The notes under the pieces: generated by a model
What the model was told of the DNA's origin: nothing
Databases searched by the model: none
What the model saw: only the letters and a program-made list of their open reading frames with translations
NCBI GenBank assembly: GCA_963701965.1
Contig: OY969695.1
Location: 2,560,001-2,624,000, forward strand
Direction: 5' to 3'
DNA from: an uncultured Gemmatimonadales bacterium
GTDB lineage: Bacteria; Gemmatimonadota; Gemmatimonadetes; Gemmatimonadales; Gemmatimonadaceae
Length of the DNA: 64,000 bases
Part shown: positions 9,331 to 23,121 of the stretch, piece by piece
How the letters are laid out: each line of letters begins with the position of its first letter
Numbering within the stretch: the first letter of the stretch is position 1
Position numbers and translations under genes: made by a program

Positions 9331-10059
9331 GTGCGCGTCTCCGTGTTCGATTACGGCGCCGGCAACTTGCACTCGTTGTGCAAGGCGCTCGAGGCGCCCG
9401 GGATCTCGGTGGGGATCGAGACCGACCCGATGCAAGCGCTCGCCGCCGACGCGCTCGTCCTGCCCGGCGTCGGCGCATTTCCCACCGCCGCCGAGCGGCT
9501 GGCGCCCGGCCGGCTGGCCGTCGCCGATGCGCTGGCCTCGGGGATGCCATGCCTGGCGATCTGTCTCGGGATGCAGCTCTTGTTCGACGACAGCGAGGAA
9601 GGCGAGGGTGAGGGCCTGAGCGTGATTGCCGGCCAGGTCACGCGGCTGGTGTCCCGCCGCGTGCCCCATATCGGCTGGAGCGCGTTGGAGCTCGCGGAGC
9701 GGGAGGATCCCGGCTCAGCCGGGATCAGTCCAACCGACCCCGGATCTCGCGACGCGGCGCGGCGCAGGGATCCCGGCGCAGCCGGGATCAGTCCAACCGA
9801 CCCCGGATCTCGCGACGCGGAGCGTCGCAGAGATCCTTTGTTCGTCGCGTCGGGGTTGGACGTCGCGTATTTCGCCCACAGCTATGCGTGCCGGCCGTCG
9901 GACGCCAAGCTCGTGACCGCGTGGACCACGGAGGGCGATGATCGTTTCGCGGCGGCGATCCGTTGGCGCAACGTCTTGGGAGTCCAGTTTCATCCCGAGA
10001 AGAGCTCGGCGGCTGGCGTGCGATTCGTGCGCGGATTTCTGGCGCGGGCGGCGGCGTGA
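9331..10059 (+). CDS. hisH: Imidazole glycerol phosphate synthase glutaminase subunit, with a 42-aa in-frame repeat insertion
   Basis: DYGAGNL, LPGVGAF, ICLGMQLL, VPHIGW, QFHPEKS. GTG start. Confidence 0.95.
   Translation: MRVSVFDYGAGNLHSLCKALEAPGISVGIETDPMQALAADALVLPGVGAFPTAAERLAPGRLAVADALASGMPCLAICLGMQLLFDDSEEGEGEGLSVIAGQVTRLVSRRVPHIGWSALELAEREDPGSAGISPTDPGSRDAARRRDPGAAGISPTDPGSRDAERRRDPLFVASGLDVAYFAHSYACRPSDAKLVTAWTTEGDDRFAAAIRWRNVLGVQFHPEKSSAAGVRFVRGFLARAAA
9706..9831. repeat. Two tandem 63-bp double-hairpin units inside hisH
   Basis: Second unit reads GATCCCGGCGCAGCCGGGATCAGTCCAACCGACCCCGGATCTCGCGACGCGGAGCGTCGCAGA. GATCC recurs at 9832. Same unit as at 47086-47526. Confidence 0.95.
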
Positions 10060-10769
10060 TTGTGCTACCGGCGGTCGACCTGCGCGGCGGCGCCTGCGTC
10101 CAGCTCATCGGCGGATCGTACGATCACGAGCGCATTCGCCTGAGCGATCCGGGTGCGGTCGCCCGGACGTGGCAGGACGTGGGATTCCGACAGCTGCACT
10201 GTGTCGATCTCGACGCGGCCACGGGCCGGGGATCGAATGAGGGCGTCGTTCGCGAGATTCTCTCGATCACCGACTTCGAGGTCCAGGTGGGCGGCGGGGT
10301 CCGCGACGATGGACGCATCGAGGATCTTCTCGCGGACGGTGCCCGCCGCGTGATCGTGGGCACGCGCGCGCTCGAGGACGGGGCGTGGCTGGATGAGATG
10401 GCGGCGCGATTCCCGGACGAGCTGATCGTGGCGGCCGACGTGTTCGACCGGCGGGTCGTGACCCGCGGATGGACGCGCGCGCTGCCGGTCGACATTCTCG
10501 ACGCGATCGAAGAGTTGAACGCGCTGCCGTTGGCGGGGATCCTGGTGACGGCGGTCCACCGCGAGGGACAGCTCCAAGGCACGGACCTGCCACTCATGGA
10601 AGACGTCGCCGAAGCCGCGGCCTATCCCGTGTACGCGGCGGGCGGCATCACGACGGTGCACGATCTCCGGGCCTTGGCCAGTCGTGGCGTGGCCGCCGCG
10701 ATCATCGGCACGGCCCTCTATACCGGCGCGATCGACCCCCACGCCACCGCAGCGGAGTTTGGCGAATGA
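10056..10769 (+). CDS. hisA: ProFAR isomerase
   Basis: VLPAVDLRGGACVQL, LHCVDLDAA, QVGGGVR, AAGGI, GTALY. Confidence 0.95.
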   Translation: MIVLPAVDLRGGACVQLIGGSYDHERIRLSDPGAVARTWQDVGFRQLHCVDLDAATGRGSNEGVVREILSITDFEVQVGGGVRDDGRIEDLLADGARRVIVGTRALEDGAWLDEMAARFPDELIVAADVFDRRVVTRGWTRALPVDILDAIEELNALPLAGILVTAVHREGQLQGTDLPLMEDVAEAAAYPVYAAGGITTVHDLRALASRGVAAAIIGTALYTGAIDPHATAAEFGE

Positions 10770-11299
10770 CCACTGTCACGCGCGAGACCAAGGAAACCCG
10801 GATCCAAGTCCGGATCGAGAAGGCCCGCCCCGGTGCCGTGGAGGTCAGCGCGGTCACCGGCGAACCGTTCCTGGACCACATGTTGGTGACGTTCGCCCAC
10901 TACGCGGCGCTCAACCTGCACATGACGGCGGCGGGGGATCTGCGGCATCACCTGATCGAGGATACGGCGATCGCGATCGGGCAAGCGATCGCGCTCGTCG
11001 CGCCGCCGGGCGCGGCCCGCTACGCGGATCGCACGATCCCGATGGACGACGCCCTGGTGCAGGTGGCGCTCGATGTCGGCGGGCGGCCGTACTACGACGG
11101 CAAGGTGCCGAGCGCGCTCTACAATCATTGGTTCCGCTCCTTCGCCGACAACGCCCGCAGCACGCTCCACGTGCGCGTGCTGCGGGGGCACGACCGGCAT
11201 CACATTGTCGAGGCGGCGTTCAAAGCATTGGGACTGGCGCTGCGCGACGCGCTCGTGGATACCGGCGCCGTCATGAGCATCAAGGGTGCCGTGCAGTGA
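10766..11299 (+). CDS. hisB: Imidazoleglycerol-phosphate dehydratase
   Basis: RETKET, FLDHML, GDLRHHLIED, PMDDAL, DRHHIVEAAFKA. Confidence 0.96.
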   Translation: MTTVTRETKETRIQVRIEKARPGAVEVSAVTGEPFLDHMLVTFAHYAALNLHMTAAGDLRHHLIEDTAIAIGQAIALVAPPGAARYADRTIPMDDALVQVALDVGGRPYYDGKVPSALYNHWFRSFADNARSTLHVRVLRGHDRHHIVEAAFKALGLALRDALVDTGAVMSIKGAVQ

Positions 11300-12069
11300 T
11301 GCGTCGCATCATCGTGTGTCTCGACGTTGATGCCGGGCGGGTCGTCAAAGGCGTGCAATTCGAGGCGTTGCGCGATGTCGGCGATCCCGCGTCGCTCGCC
11401 GAGCGCTACGAGGCGGACGGGGCCGACGAGATCGTCTTTCTCGACATCTCGGCGTCGGCCGAGGGGCGGGCGACATTGCTCGACGTGGCCCGCCGGACGG
11501 CGGAGCGACTCTTCGTGCCGCTGACGATCGGTGGCGGCATTCGATCGGCCGACGACGTCGGCCGGGCGCTGCGCTCGGGGGCCGACAAGGTCAGCATCAA
11601 CTCCGCCGCCGTGGAGCGGCCGGTCGTCCTCGGCGAGGTGGCCGAGCGATTCGGATCGCAGTGCGTGGTGGCCAGTATCGACGCGAAATACGACGAGACG
11701 TTCGCCGCCGACGGACGTCCGCCGTGGCGCGTGTACGTCCACGGCGGACGCACGCCGACGGGCCTCGACGCGGTAGGATGGGCGCGCATGTGCGTGACGG
11801 CGGGCGCCGGCGAGATCCTGCTCACGAGTATCGATCGCGATGGGGCGCGCACGGGGTACGATTTGGCGTTGACGGCGGCGGTCACGGCCGCGGTCGATGT
11901 GCCGGTGATCGCGTCCGGCGGCGCGGGGAATCCCGAGGACGTGTGCCAGGTGCTGAGCGAGGCGCAGGCGGACGCCGCGCTCGTCGCCGGCATCGTGCAC
12001 GATGGGGTCACCACGGTCGGTGCCATCAAAGCCGCCGTCGCTTCCGCGGGGATCCCATGCCGGCGATGA
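11299..12069 (+). CDS. hisF: Imidazole glycerol phosphate synthase cyclase subunit
   Basis: CLDVDAGRVVKG, GADEIVFLDI, GGGIRS, GEILLTSIDRDG, ASGGAG. Confidence 0.97.
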   Translation: MRRIIVCLDVDAGRVVKGVQFEALRDVGDPASLAERYEADGADEIVFLDISASAEGRATLLDVARRTAERLFVPLTIGGGIRSADDVGRALRSGADKVSINSAAVERPVVLGEVAERFGSQCVVASIDAKYDETFAADGRPPWRVYVHGGRTPTGLDAVGWARMCVTAGAGEILLTSIDRDGARTGYDLALTAAVTAAVDVPVIASGGAGNPEDVCQVLSEAQADAALVAGIVHDGVTTVGAIKAAVASAGIPCRR

Positions 12070-12826
12070 GCCTGCTGCACGCGGTCGCCGAGCTGGCGCA
12101 GCTCGTTGGTGATACGGCGCTCCAACACTTCGGCAACGCCGATCTCGCGGTGGAGACCAAGGCGGACGGGTCGCCGGTGACGATCGCGGACCGGAACGCC
12201 GAGGCAAAAGCCCGCGAGTGGTTGGCGCGGCGGTTCCCCGACGACGGCATCATCGGCGAGGAGTTCGGCGCCGAGCGGTCCGGGGCGCGGCGGCGTTGGA
12301 TCATTGATCCCATCGACGGCACGAAATCTTTCGTGCGCGGCGTGCCGCTGTGGGCGACGCTCATCGCCGTCGCCGAGGAGGACACCGTGCTGGCGGGCGC
12401 CGTTCACTGCGCCGCGGCGGGCGAGTTGGTCGCGGCCGCGCTGGGCGAGGGCGCGTGGTGGAACGGCTCCCGGTGCGCCGTGTCGTCGGTCGCCAATGTG
12501 GCGCAGGCGACGATGTTGACGAGCGGCGATCGGTTCGACGGGTATCCCGAGCGCCGGGCGCGGTGGACGACGTTCACGGATGCCGCCGCGGTGTACCGGA
12601 CCTGGGGCAATGGATTCGGTTACCTGATGGTCGCCACGGGGCGCGCCGAAGTCATGGCCGACAGCGCCCTGCAACCGTGGGATGCGGCGGCGCCGTACGC
12701 GATCGTCACCGAGGCCGGCGGCCAGTTTGTGTCGTGGGCCGGAGTGGATACGGCGTTCGGCGGAAACGGGATCGCCACCAACATGGCGCTGGCGCCCGCG
12801 GTGCGCGCGGCGTTGCTGGATCGGTG

Positions 12827-12827
<1 letters not shown>
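12066..12827 (+). CDS. hisN: Histidinol-phosphatase, inositol monophosphatase family
   Basis: KADGSPVTIAD, IIGEE, WIIDPIDGTKSFVRG, PWDAAA; located inside the his operon. Confidence 0.9.
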
Positions 12828-15958
<3,131 letters not shown>

Positions 15959-15965
15959 CGGCGCG

Positions 15966-17148
15966 TCAGCGCTTGAGGCGCTTCATGCCGTTGCCCCACA
16001 ACAGGCCGATCCGGGCCGAGATCGCGGCGTAGAGCATCGCCATCCCGATGCCCTGCGCGAATGTCCCGGCGCTTTCCGTCGGTCCCCAGAACACGTATCG
16101 CCAAGGGCCGAGCGGCTGGTTGTACTCCCACTGGTCGGCCGCGAAGAAATAATTGCGGGCGGCCGGTGTGAGCATGAAGTCCGCGAAGAACCACTCGACG
16201 GCCAGGAGCACGGCGACGAACGCCACCCCGAGGACGGCCGCGAGCTGCCAGTCGCGCCCCGGCCCGATCCGGCGCATCAGTACATCGATGACGACGGCCG
16301 GGACGACGAGGAGCAGCGGAAAGAACGGCGGCACCATGTGCGTGACGAGAATGGTAGATCGGCGCCAGCTTGGGCGTGGCCGGAAACGCCTCCAACGTCC
16401 ACATCATGATGAGCACGATACCCATGTAGATCGCCGCCGTGACGGTGGCCGGCCATTTGAGCCGTCCGGCCCGCGCGAACGCGATCAAAAAGATGGGAAA
16501 CACGGCGCCCAGCACCTTGTAGGCGGACGCCGCGTGCATGCGGTTGGGCGCCGCCGCGTATTGCATGATCAGCGTCGCGATCATGGTGATGAGGATCCCG
16601 CCGGCCAGCGCGTAGCTCAGCGCGTATGGGCGCACATCATCGTCCTTGGCGCGATTCTGCGCCGCCAGCGCCATGAGCATGGCGCCGACCTGGACGGCGA
16701 CCATGCCGGTCGCCAGCACCATGTGCGGCGGGCTCACGATCTTGACGTCGAGCCCGTACGCGTTGTGCCACCAGTCGTCGAACGGTGCCGACGTGATCAT
16801 GAGGAGGGTGCCCCAAATGCACACCCAGGCGCCCAGCGGTCCGCGAAATCCCCAGAACCGCACGGTCGAGGCGCGGTCGGCGACCGAGCCGGCAAACGTC
16901 GTGCGGAGCACCAGCCAGCCGCAGGACAAGCCGGCGACCGAGGCGCCAAGCTGCTCCTCGAGATGCGGCAGGGTCCAGAACGTGTCGCGTCCCACGGTGC
17001 GGTGCCACGAGATGTCCCAGATGAGACCCGTGACAATGCACAGCGAGGAGAACATCACGGCCGCCATCGTCCACGTAAGATCGGACGCGGCAACCCGTTC
17101 CAATGCGTCGGCGCGGTAGGTCGGACCCGCGGCAAGAGTCGTCGCCAT
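15966..17148 (-). CDS. Polytopic membrane protein with two D-x3-H...H motifs; apparent frameshift near 16350
   Basis: WDISWHRTVGRDTFWTLPH and FDDWWHNAYGLDVKIVSPPH, about 9-10 TM segments. The C-terminus continues in ORF 15966..16337. Confidence 0.8.
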
Positions 17149-17194
17149 GCGATAAATGTTGCGACCGTCGCCCGGCAGCACCAGACTGTATGCA

Positions 17195-18082
17195 ATGCTC
17201 CTGCGCAATGTCTCCGATACTGCGCGCTGGGTCGCCATGTACCGGGCACTCGAGTCGGAACGTCCGGACGCGATCTTTCGCGATCCGTTCGCCCGCCGGC
17301 TCGCGGGCGAGCGGGGCGCCGAAGTGGTGCGTACGGTGCCGGGCGCGAAGCAGCTGTCGTGGCCAATGGTGGTGCGGACGGCGGTATTGGACGAGCTGAT
17401 CCAGCGTGCCGTGGCGCGCGATGGCGTCGATCTCGTGCTCAATCTCGCGGCGGGCCTCGACGCCCGACCGTACCGGCTCGCGCTGCCGCCGTCGCTCCGG
17501 TGGGTGGACGTCGACCTTCCCGAGATCCTCGCCTACAAACAGGAGATGATGAAAGGCGAGCGGCCGGCCTGCGCCCTGGAGACGATTCCGACGGATCTGG
17601 CCGACGCGGCGGCGCGCCGGGCCCTGTTCGAGCAGATCAACGCCCAAGGGCGGCGCGTGTTCGTGGTCTCGGAGGGTCTGCTCGTCTATCTCACGCGCGA
17701 GCAGGTGACGGCGCTGGCGAAGGACCTTCGCGCCGAGCCGACGTTCGAGTGGTGGGCGTTCGACCTGGCGTCGCGGGGTGTGCTGCACATGATGCAGAAG
17801 CGGTGGCAGCCGCATCTCGGCGGCGACGCCCGCATGCAATTCGCCCCAGCCGAAGGCACGGGGTTCTTCACGGCGCTCGGCTGGTGGGTGAGCGAGTTCC
17901 GGCTCACGATGACCGAGGCGCGCCGCCTGCACCGGCAAATGCGCCTGGCGTGGCTCTTCCGCCTGTTCGGCGTCCTCGACGCCCGGCGGCCACAGGAGAA
18001 ATCCCTGTGGCGCACCGGCGTGGTCTTGCTTCAGAACCCCGTGACGGCGGCGCGCGCGAGCTTGGTGGTATCGCCGACGTAG
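17195..18082 (+). CDS. SAM-dependent methyltransferase, leucine carboxyl methyltransferase-like family
   Basis: VSDTARWVAMYRA, FRDPFA, NLAAGLDARPYRL, DVDLP, SEGLLVYL. Confidence 0.9.
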   Translation: MLLRNVSDTARWVAMYRALESERPDAIFRDPFARRLAGERGAEVVRTVPGAKQLSWPMVVRTAVLDELIQRAVARDGVDLVLNLAAGLDARPYRLALPPSLRWVDVDLPEILAYKQEMMKGERPACALETIPTDLADAAARRALFEQINAQGRRVFVVSEGLLVYLTREQVTALAKDLRAEPTFEWWAFDLASRGVLHMMQKRWQPHLGGDARMQFAPAEGTGFFTALGWWVSEFRLTMTEARRLHRQMRLAWLFRLFGVLDARRPQEKSLWRTGVVLLQNPVTAARASLVVSPT

Positions 18083-19333
18083 GCGAACGCGATGTCGCTC
18101 ATGTAGCGCTGCGTCACGCGGCGCACATCCTCGTTCGTGACCTGGCGGAGCTCGGCCACGAAGCGGTCCGCGACGCGGTAGTCGCCCCGATACAGCTCGG
18201 CCCGGGCCAGGAAGTTCGCCTGGTCGGCGGTGGTTTCGTTGTCGAGAAAGTATTCGGTGATGAATTGCTGCACGAGCCGCTCCAGCGCGTCGGGATCGAC
18301 GAGATTCCGCTTGAGAATGGGCGATCTCCGTGTGCATGATCTCGAGCACGGAGTCCGGTGAGCCGGTGGTGACGTACAGGCCGCCCTCGGCCAGTGCGCG
18401 TTCGACGAACGGGGCGTTGACGGCGTACGACAGGTTCCGCTTATCGCGCACTTCGGAAAAGAGGCGGCCGGAGAGGACGGCGGTGGCGACGCGCAGGGCC
18501 TGATAATCCGGACTGGTGGCCGCCGGGCCCTCGTAGTAACCCAGCAGGTAGTTCGTGGGCAACTCCCGCGGGACGGCGCGCAGCGTACTCGTGCGGGGGG
18601 GGGTCGGCGGCGCGGCGGGCAGCGTCCACTTGTAGGTGCCGAGCGGCAGGCCGGCCAGCGTGCGGGAGATGAGACGCTCCATTCGAGCACGATCGACGTC
18701 GCCCACCACGACGATCAGCATCCGCGAGCGGACCATCTGGGTCGCTTGGAAGTCGGCGAGTTGCCGGCGTGTGAGCGCGGCGATCGAGCGCTCGGTGCCG
18801 CCGACGGAGCGGCTGTACGGATGGCCCGCGTACGCCGCGCTATCGGCGAGATAGTCGACGAGGGCATCCGGGCTGTCCTGCCGTTGCCGGATCGCCGACG
18901 TGTACTGCGTACGGATCAACTCAATGTCGGCGCCGTCGAGGGTCGGGTACATCAAGCGGTCGGCCAGCACGACCCAGGTGGAGTCGAAAGTCTCCGGGGT
19001 CGCCCGCACGCCGATGGACGTCCAATCGGCCGTAGGGTCGACCACAATCGAAGTGCCCAACCGGGCCATCGTCCGGCGGAGCAACGCGCGGGGGAAGTGC
19101 TTGGTGCCGCGGTCGGAGACGTCGAGCAGAAACGGCTCGATCCCCGCGGTCGCGTCAGTCTCCTCGCGCGCGCCGCCCAACAGATACACGTCGGCGGTCG
19201 CCACACCGGCCAATGTCGAATGCCGCAGGATCACCGGGATCCCGGCGACGACGAATCGCGACGTCGCCGTGTCGGGCGCCGCCGGGCCCGACGGGCCAGC
19301 GAGCGCGGTCAATAGCGCGATGGCCCGGATCAT
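18031..19333 (-). CDS. M16 (pitrilysin) family peptidase-like subunit without HxxEH; apparent frameshift near 18316
   Basis: Signal peptide, YLLGG, DRGTK, GHPY, SGRLFSEVRDKRNLSY. The last ~95 aa lie in the frame of ORF 18031..18690. Confidence 0.85.
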
Positions 19334-20727
19334 TGGTTGGTGTGTCCGGCCAACAAGTCGGCGTCCGTCAAGCTGATGGTCCGGCGGTCTTCGGGGGAGA
19401 TGAGCACGCCGGTGACGTGGGGCTTGCCGACAATGTATCGCCGGGTATAGTCGGCGAGATCCCCGGTCGTCCGCGCCGCCATGTTGTCGACATACCCCAT
19501 GTAGTACTCGAGATTCGCCACCGCCCACCAAAACCCGATCGTGTGGGTGTAGCCGGACGTCCGCTCGCGCCCGAACGCGGACGACACCGTGCGTTGGGCC
19601 TTGGACTCGGCCAGTTCCTCGTTGGAGACGTATTCGGCGTCCGCGAAGTGCGAGATCTCGTCCTCGAGCGCCGCCAGCGCCGGCCGCAGCTTCGCGGGCG
19701 AGGTCTGCCCGCTGATGGTGATCGGCCCTTTGTTGTCCAACGTGTAGTAGTTCACGACGACCCCTTCCCACAGCCCGCTGTCGACCAGCCGGCGCTGGAG
19801 ACGCGACCCGGGCTGGTTGGCGATGTCGGAGAACACGTCCGCCGCATACGTGGCGTTGGGATCCTTCCTGACGCTGGGTCCCTGCCACTGCACCTCGACC
19901 GTGATCGCGCTCACGGGCGCCTCGGCGATCACGCTCTGACTGCCGTCGAGGGCCGAAATCTCGGGCACCGGATCGGCGACGAACGGATCGGCGCCCCGCG
20001 CCCACCCGCGAAACGCGCTATCGGCCAACGCCACGGCCCGCGCCGGATTGACGTCCCCGGTGACGAGCAGCGCGGAGTTGTTCGGGACGTAGTACCGCCG
20101 TTGAATCTCCCGCATCTGCTCGGGCGTCACACCCCGCACCACGTCGCGATCGCCAATGACGTTTTTCCGGCTGAAGTTGCCCGGATACAGCTTCTTGGCC
20201 ATGGCCTGGTCGAGCGCGAAGAAGGGACTAGCCTCCTGCCGGTCGTACTCGCCCAGGACGACCTCTTTCTCCCGGGCCAACTCCGACGGCAGGAAGAGCG
20301 GGGCCTCGACCGCGGCCGCCAGGAACCGCATGCCCGCGGCCAGACTGTCCGACGGCAGCGTCAAGTAATAGTTGACGCGCTCCTCGGTCGTGGTGCCGTT
20401 GAAGACCGCGCCCAGGTCCGCCGCCCGGTCCACGAACGCCCCCGGCTCCGGGTAGGTGGCGTTGGCCTTGAAGAACATGTGCTCGTACATGTGCGCCAAC
20501 CCCGCGTAGGGCGGCGTCTGGGTGAACGAGCCGTTCTTCACGTCGATCTCGATCGTCGCCAGGGGGACGCCATGGTTCTCCACGACGATCACTTCCAGGC
20601 CGTTATCGAGCACCCGCCGTTGGATGGTCTTCTCCAACTCGGCGCGCTGGGCGCCTGCCGGCGCCGCGGACACTATCAGCATCATGCTGGCGGCCCATGC
20701 GGTCCACCGGCATTTTCCTGTTCGCAT
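19330..20727 (-). CDS. M16 family zinc metallopeptidase
   Basis: LDNGLEVIV, GLAHMYEHMFFK (HxxEH), EKEVVLGE, YYVPNNS. The start could be a later ATG near 20685. Confidence 0.92.
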   Translation of the reverse strand: MRTGKCRWTAWAASMMLIVSAAPAGAQRAELEKTIQRRVLDNGLEVIVVENHGVPLATIEIDVKNGSFTQTPPYAGLAHMYEHMFFKANATYPEPGAFVDRAADLGAVFNGTTTEERVNYYLTLPSDSLAAGMRFLAAAVEAPLFLPSELAREKEVVLGEYDRQEASPFFALDQAMAKKLYPGNFSRKNVIGDRDVVRGVTPEQMREIQRRYYVPNNSALLVTGDVNPARAVALADSAFRGWARGADPFVADPVPEISALDGSQSVIAEAPVSAITVEVQWQGPSVRKDPNATYAADVFSDIANQPGSRLQRRLVDSGLWEGVVVNYYTLDNKGPITISGQTSPAKLRPALAALEDEISHFADAEYVSNEELAESKAQRTVSSAFGRERTSGYTHTIGFWWAVANLEYYMGYVDNMAARTTGDLADYTRRYIVGKPHVTGVLISPEDRRTISLTDADLLAGHTNQ

Positions 20728-21667
20728 GATCGATCCTGAACATCTCGAGTCCTTGGCCGCCCGCCTCGATCCGCGCCGCCTCAAGCGCGGTGAGCCGTTG
20801 GCTCCCTACACGACGTTCCGCATCGGCGGACCCGCCGATCTCTTTTACGATGCTACGTCGGCCGACGATCTCGCAAATGCGGTGCTCGCCGCCCGGACTG
20901 CCGGTGTCCCCTACTTCATACTCGGACTGGGCGCGAACGTTCTCATCGGAGACGGTGGCGTGCGCGGCCTGGTCATCCATAACGTCGCCGATCGCGCGAC
21001 GTTCGGCGAGGATGGGCGCCTGTGGACCGAGAGCGGCGCCGTCCTCGGCCGGCTGATCCCCCAGGCCGTGGCCCGGGGATGGTCGGGACTGGAGCACTAC
21101 GTCGGCATCCCGACGACCGTTGGGGGCGCGATCTGGCAAAACCTGCACTTTTTATCGCCCGCCCCGGCGCGCGAACGGACCATGTTCATCGCCGAGGTGT
21201 TTGCCTCCTGCGAGCTGTTGACCGCGGATGGCGGGCGCTGCATCGCCGACCGCGCCGCCATGCAGTTCGGCTATGACACCAGCGTCTTGCACTATCAGCG
21301 ACACACGGTGCTGTCGGTGACGTTTCAGCTGGCGGCGGGCGACATCGCGGCCATGCACAAGGTCATGCAGGAGAACCTGAGCTGGCGCGGGGCGAAACAC
21401 CCGTGGCTCGAGTACCACCCGAGCGCCGGGTCGATCTTCAAGAAAATCGAGGGCGTCGGCGCCGGACGGCTCATCGAGCAGGCGGGGCTCAAAGGCTATC
21501 GGGTCGGCGACGCGCAGATCTCGCACATCCACGCCAACATCATGGTCAACCTGGGGCAGGCCACGGCCCGCGACGTCCGCACCCTCATCGCCACTGCCCA
21601 GGACGCGGTCGAGCGTCAGTCGGGCCATCGCCTGGAGCCGGAGATCGGCTTCATCGGGGACTTCTAA
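20726..21667 (+). CDS. murB: UDP-N-acetylmuramate dehydrogenase
   Basis: TTFRIGGPAD, LGLGANVL, GIPTTVGGA, SAGSIFK, HANIMVN, LEPE. Confidence 0.95.
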   Translation: MIDPEHLESLAARLDPRRLKRGEPLAPYTTFRIGGPADLFYDATSADDLANAVLAARTAGVPYFILGLGANVLIGDGGVRGLVIHNVADRATFGEDGRLWTESGAVLGRLIPQAVARGWSGLEHYVGIPTTVGGAIWQNLHFLSPAPARERTMFIAEVFASCELLTADGGRCIADRAAMQFGYDTSVLHYQRHTVLSVTFQLAAGDIAAMHKVMQENLSWRGAKHPWLEYHPSAGSIFKKIEGVGAGRLIEQAGLKGYRVGDAQISHIHANIMVNLGQATARDVRTLIATAQDAVERQSGHRLEPEIGFIGDF

Positions 21668-21668
21668 G

Positions 21669-22436
21669 ACGGCGACACGCAGAAGGGCGGGGACGACGGC
21701 CGGAGGCACGTACTGGCAGGCGAGCCACCAGGCGCGCTATAGCCTGCTATTCGCGCTCCCGCTGCTCGCGGCCTACGAAGCGCTGGTGGTGATCCTGTCG
21801 CACGGCCCCGCGTCCGGGGTGCGGAACGGCGCCGACGTGATCCTCCAGCAGGCGGTGTACGCCATCGCCGGCCCCTATGAGCCGATCGTGTTCGGCGTGG
21901 CGGTGCTCGGCCTGGCAGGGTGGCTGGTCGCGCGCGACCTGCGCCGGCACCGGGGTCCGCTGCGCGGGTGGATCTTCGCCGCGATGCTGGCCGAGTCGGC
22001 CGTACTGGCCGCGGCGTTCGGCGCGGTGGTGGGGACCATCACGGCCGATCTGCTGCACCTGACCCGCCACAGCATGATGATCGGTGGCGGACCGCTGGCC
22101 CAGTCCTCCTTAGGCACGCGCGTGATGCTCTCGCTGGGCGCCGGGATCTACGAGGAGCTCCTGTTCCGCGTCCTGATCGCGGGCGCCATCTCCGTCGCGG
22201 GGCAACGCCTCCTCGGCTGGAGCGCGCGCTTGGCCGGCGTCGTCGCCGTTCTCGTCTCGGCGTTCGTGTTCGCCGCGTGTCACTACATCGGTCCCTACGG
22301 CGACCCGCTCCGCCTGGACTCGTTCGTCTACCGCCTGATCGGCGGTGTCGCTTTCAGCGCGCTGTATCTGGTGCGTGGGTTCGGCATCACCGCCTGGACC
22401 CACGCCCTCTACGACTTGCTGGTGCTCGCGCTGTAG
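21669..22436 (+). CDS. CPBP (Abi/CAAX) family intramembrane glutamic endopeptidase
   Basis: GIYEELLFR, FAACHY, WTHALYD. The open frame extends upstream of the track start to include YWQASHQARYSLLFALPLL. No canonical start there; ACG at 21669. Confidence 0.88.
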   Translation, partial: TATRRRAGTTAGGTYWQASHQARYSLLFALPLLAAYEALVVILSHGPASGVRNGADVILQQAVYAIAGPYEPIVFGVAVLGLAGWLVARDLRRHRGPLRGWIFAAMLAESAVLAAAFGAVVGTITADLLHLTRHSMMIGGGPLAQSSLGTRVMLSLGAGIYEELLFRVLIAGAISVAGQRLLGWSARLAGVVAVLVSAFVFAACHYIGPYGDPLRLDSFVYRLIGGVAFSALYLVRGFGITAWTHALYDLLVLAL

Positions 22437-23101
22437 GGCAGGGCGCAGGGCTGGTCGTAAGGCAGCGTCACGACCACGTGCAGCGCGTCGGTATTAGCGA
22501 AGCGAATTTGCTCGGCGCGGCAAAAGGGATTGGCCGCGTGGAACGCGCCGTCTTCGCCCGCCAGGATCCACGACGCCGGAATCACGCCGCGCGAGGCGTC
22601 GGCGTAGGCGGCCATCTTGCTGGCCAGATCGGAGAACGGCGCGGGATCGCGCACGACGCACTCGTACGTCGCCACCGAGTCACCCGGCGAAAACCGGCAG
22701 GAGTCGGTGCTGTCCGCGGCACCGGTGAGCTGGAGATGGGCGTCGTAGAAGTTCGAGCGCGTGACGTCCGCCGGCATGGTCCCGCTATCCATGACGATGG
22801 TCCAATAGTCCGAGCGGTTGTTCGCGCTGCTCAACAGCGAGCCCAGCGCGACCGCGAACTGGTTCTTGATCGCCTGCCGCGCGTGATCCATGCGGTCGAA
22901 CCGGTCTTCGATGGCGCCCGCCACTTCGGTGGCAGCGGCCACGGCCTTGTGCCGCACGCGCGCCATCGGCGTGGGTGCGGGGGCGCTCGGCTGCACCGCC
23001 GCGGGCAACGCCTTGGCGGTCTCTTTCTTGTCTCCCTGGCAGGCCGTCGAAGCAAGCGCCGCCAGGGAGATGATGACCACGGGAACCGAAAAACGCCTCA
23101 T
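22409..23101 (-). CDS. Hypothetical lipoprotein
   Basis: MRRFSVPVVIISLAALASTAC lipobox followed by a soluble domain with four Cys. Confidence 0.65.
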   Translation of the reverse strand: MRRFSVPVVIISLAALASTACQGDKKETAKALPAAVQPSAPAPTPMARVRHKAVAAATEVAGAIEDRFDRMDHARQAIKNQFAVALGSLLSSANNRSDYWTIVMDSGTMPADVTRSNFYDAHLQLTGAADSTDSCRFSPGDSVATYECVVRDPAPFSDLASKMAAYADASRGVIPASWILAGEDGAFHAANPFCRAEQIRFANTDALHVVVTLPYDQPCALPYSASTSKS

Positions 23102-23121
23102 ATGATACCGCCCAATATACG

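Noticed and set aside
16153..20005. Very long alternative ORFs (e.g. 16637..20005 minus, 16153..18339 plus, 54650..56719 plus)
   Set aside because: Arg/Ala/Pro-rich shadow frames typical of ~70% GC DNA. The 1122-aa ORF is real only over the M16 segment.
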